Source of the DNA: Gammaproteobacteria bacterium
Lineage (GTDB): Bacteria; Pseudomonadota; Gammaproteobacteria; Pseudomonadales; Azotimanducaceae
Direction of reading: 5' to 3'
Length of the DNA: 36,372 nt
Assembly: GCA_009919975.1 (NCBI GenBank)
Contig: RGAU01000001.1
Coordinates: 1 to 36,372, forward strand
A program made the position numbers and the translations under genes. The notes beneath the pieces were generated by a model that did no database searches, had not been told where the DNA came from, and saw nothing but the letters and a program-made list of their open reading frames with translations. Positions 34,538 through 36,372 of this stretch are shown here, piece by piece (within the stretch, counting starts at the first letter, position 1; every line of letters begins with the position of its first letter).

Positions 34538-35196
34538 GCGCGCCCCTCGAGCAGCGCCTCGCGGAGAAGCTCCTCGGGGAAATGGCGGCGCTCCAGGAGG
34601 CGCACAACCTTGCCGTGGATCCCGCCTGGCGCACCGCGGGCCTCGCCTACTACCGGGCCATTTGGGTGGAATGCGCGGAGCTTCTGGATCACTACGGTTG
34701 GAAATGGTGGAAGCATCAGGAGTGCGATCTTCCCCAGGTACGCCTAGAGCTCGTGGATATCTGGCACTTTGGGCTGAGCATGCTGCTCCTCGAGGATCGG
34801 GTGGATGAGGCCCTTGCGGAAACGGTGCGCTTGGGGCTCACGGACCCCGGCGAACCGGAGCACTTCCGGGAAGCGGTGGAGACCCTAGCCGCCGCGGCCG
34901 TGGGGGAAAAGCGCTTCGACGTGCCGGCTTTCCTGACCTGCCTTCGGGCCGTGGCGCTGGATCTACCTGGGCTCTATCGCGCCTATGTGGGGAAGAACGT
35001 GCTGAACGCCTTTCGCCAGGATCACGGCTACAAGGCCGGCACCTACGATAAGCTCTGGCAGGGGCGGGAAGATAACGTGCACCTCGTGGAGCTTGAGGCG
35101 ATCCTGCCCGTGGACGCTCCCGACTATCGGGAAGCGCTCTATGCGGCGCTTGAGGCGCGCTACGGCGCGCGCTCCGAGGCCCCCGGAGCGTCATGA
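34534..35196 (+). CDS. Dimeric (all-alpha) dUTP diphosphatase, dUTPase_2 family
   Basis: ECAELLDHYGWKWWK…ELVDIWHFGLSMLL and YVGKNVLNAFRQDHGYKAGTYDKLWQGREDN closely match, from memory, the Campylobacter-type dimeric dUTPase. GTGA overlap with the upstream VOC gene. Confidence 0.8.
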   Translation: MSAPLEQRLAEKLLGEMAALQEAHNLAVDPAWRTAGLAYYRAIWVECAELLDHYGWKWWKHQECDLPQVRLELVDIWHFGLSMLLLEDRVDEALAETVRLGLTDPGEPEHFREAVETLAAAAVGEKRFDVPAFLTCLRAVALDLPGLYRAYVGKNVLNAFRQDHGYKAGTYDKLWQGREDNVHLVELEAILPVDAPDYREALYAALEARYGARSEAPGAS

Positions 35197-35212
35197 TTTT
35201 GTGATGAAATAA

Positions 35213-36085
35213 TCACCGCTGTGTCATCGGCGGGCCGGTCAGAAAGTTCGCTACCGCACGCTGTTCCTCTCCGATCTCCATCTCGGCAGCCGAGGCTGCC
35301 AGGCCGAGGCGCTCACGGCCTTTTTAAAGGCCCACGAATGTGATCGCCTTTATCTGGTGGGGGACATCATCGACGGCTGGCGCCTAAAGCGCAGCCTCTA
35401 CTGGCCCCAGAGTCATAGCAACGTGCTTCGACGCCTTTTGACCCTGACCAAGCGGGGGACGGAGATTATTTTCGTCACCGGCAATCACGACGAATTCCTG
35501 CGTCGCTACTCCGATCACAGCTTCGGCAATTTGAAGCTGGTGGATCGGGCGGAGCACCGCACCGCCGACGGTCGCCGGTTCCTGGTGATTCATGGGGATG
35601 AATACGACGTCATCACCCGCTACCACCGCTGGATCGCCTTCCTCGGGGACCTCGGCTACAACTTTTTGTTGTCCGTAAACCGGGGGAATAACTGGATTCG
35701 GGAACGCCTCGGCTTTGGCCGCTGGTCCCTGTCGGCCTGGGTAAAGCATCGGGTGAAGCGTGCCGTGAATTTCATTAGCGATTTTGAAGGGGCTGTCGCC
35801 CATGCCTGCGAGCGGGAAGGGTTTCAGGGGGTGATTTGCGGCCATATCCACCATGCGGAAATGCGCCGCATCGGCGCCATCGACTATTTGAACTGCGGGG
35901 ATTGGGTGGAGTCCTGCACGGCCCTGGCGGAGGACGATCAGGGGCAGATTCACCTGCTTTACTGGCGCGAGGAAGTGGCTGCCTTTCGGGAAGAGGTTGC
36001 GCCTCCGCCCATGCCCTTGGGTGGGCCCCTGGCCGTGGAACTGGCGCTGGCAAAGGATGATCTGCTGACGGATCGTGCGGCATGA
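35213..36085 (+). CDS. LpxH-like calcineurin-type metallophosphoesterase (UDP-2,3-diacylglucosamine diphosphatase family); start codon unresolved
   Basis: The coordinates give the open in-frame region. The conserved N-terminus VRYRTLFLSDLHLGSRGCQAE…LYLVGDIIDGW begins near 35246. The first canonical in-frame start is GTG 35357, where the track ORF starts, and using it would delete the DxH metal site. GNHDEF and GHIHH motifs are also present. Confidence 0.7.
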   Translation, partial: SPLCHRRAGQKVRYRTLFLSDLHLGSRGCQAEALTAFLKAHECDRLYLVGDIIDGWRLKRSLYWPQSHSNVLRRLLTLTKRGTEIIFVTGNHDEFLRRYSDHSFGNLKLVDRAEHRTADGRRFLVIHGDEYDVITRYHRWIAFLGDLGYNFLLSVNRGNNWIRERLGFGRWSLSAWVKHRVKRAVNFISDFEGAVAHACEREGFQGVICGHIHHAEMRRIGAIDYLNCGDWVESCTALAEDDQGQIHLLYWREEVAAFREEVAPPPMPLGGPLAVELALAKDDLLTDRAA

Positions 36086-36372
36086 AGATCGCCCTGGTAA
36101 GCGATGCCTGGACGCCCCAAACCAACGGAGTGGTGACCACCCTCAAGCAGGTGATCGCGGGGGTGGAAGCCCAGGGCCACGAGGTGCGGGTGTTTGAGCC
36201 CGGCCAGTTCTTTACCTTGCCCCTGCCTGCCTATCGAGAGGTTAAGGTGGCGCCCCTGCCCTACGGGCTTGGAAGGGCGCTGGATGCCTTCGGGTTCGAT
36301 GCACTCCACATTGCGACGGAGGGGCCCCTGGGCCTGGCCGCCCGGCGCTGGGCCCTGCGCCGAGGCGTGCCT
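36082..36372 (+). CDS. Glycosyltransferase family 4 (group 1), N-terminal part, truncated by the window edge
   Basis: MKIALVSDAWTPQTNGVVTTL…ALHIATEGPLGLAARRWA is a typical GT4 N-terminus. The ATG overlaps the upstream stop as ATGA (36082-36085). Confidence 0.75.
   Translation, partial: MKIALVSDAWTPQTNGVVTTLKQVIAGVEAQGHEVRVFEPGQFFTLPLPAYREVKVAPLPYGLGRALDAFGFDALHIATEGPLGLAARRWALRRGVP

Noticed and set aside
35195-35220. Fur box or CRP site in the AT-rich stretch TGATTTTGTGATGAAATAATCACC.
   Set aside because: Register-by-register comparison with GATAATGATAATCATTATC gave essentially no matches outside ATAATCA. The TGTGA/TCAC half-sites are 8 nt apart, not 6. I report it only as an unexplained inverted repeat.
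1-36372. Apparent abundance of CCTAGG / CCCTAGGG palindromes.
   Set aside because: A rough expectation from base composition (about a dozen CCTAGG sites in 36 kb at two-thirds GC) is close to the number I saw. It is probably not enriched beyond the TAG stop-codon bias reported separately.
1-36372. Genomic island, prophage, defence system or CRISPR content.
   Set aside because: There are no integrase, transposase, phage, restriction-modification or Cas-like proteins and no direct-repeat arrays. No tRNA is available as an integration target. By eye I saw no compositional break beyond the short AT-rich patches noted.

Overview
GC-rich (about two-thirds G+C by eye, not computed), densely packed chromosomal window. 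I call about 37 protein-coding genes and find no rRNA, tRNA, CRISPR array, transposase or integrase. The housekeeping genes (fur, glnS, tesB, phrB, mlaA, TRAP and MFS transporters) suggest a proteobacterium, probably a gammaproteobacterium; this is inference only.

Main content:
1. A compact minus-strand operon for coenzyme F420: fno-cofE-cofD-cofC-fbiC. It runs directly, with overlapping reading frames, into a BtuCD-like ABC importer (136-7507). An XRE regulator is divergent from it.
2. A 446-nt noncoding gap with back-to-back terminators and strong hairpins (8001-8446).
3. A glucosylglycerate locus. An LLM oxidoreductase, a HAD-IIB phosphatase and a glucosyl-3-phosphoglycerate-synthase-like gene form one operon. 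It faces a sucrose-phosphorylase-family (GH13_18) gene broken by two frameshifts, and a Na+/solute symporter lies nearby.
4. A TatT-associated TRAP transporter (tatT-dctP-dctQ-dctM) followed by an MlaA homologue with no lipobox.
5. A pair of translationally coupled acyl-CoA dehydrogenase homologues, a photolyase and tesB.
6. glnS coupled to a family III CoA-transferase, a VOC protein and a dimeric dUTPase.
7. An LpxH-like phosphoesterase without a usable start codon, overlapping a GT4 glycosyltransferase that runs off the window.

Cross-cutting observations:
- TAG is the dominant stop codon: 23 of the 37 stops I read.
- Several convergent gene pairs share overlapping stop codons.
- Three gene lesions sit at short homopolymer or simple runs, so they may be sequencing artefacts.

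All functional calls come from reading the translated ORFs by eye. No database search was run.
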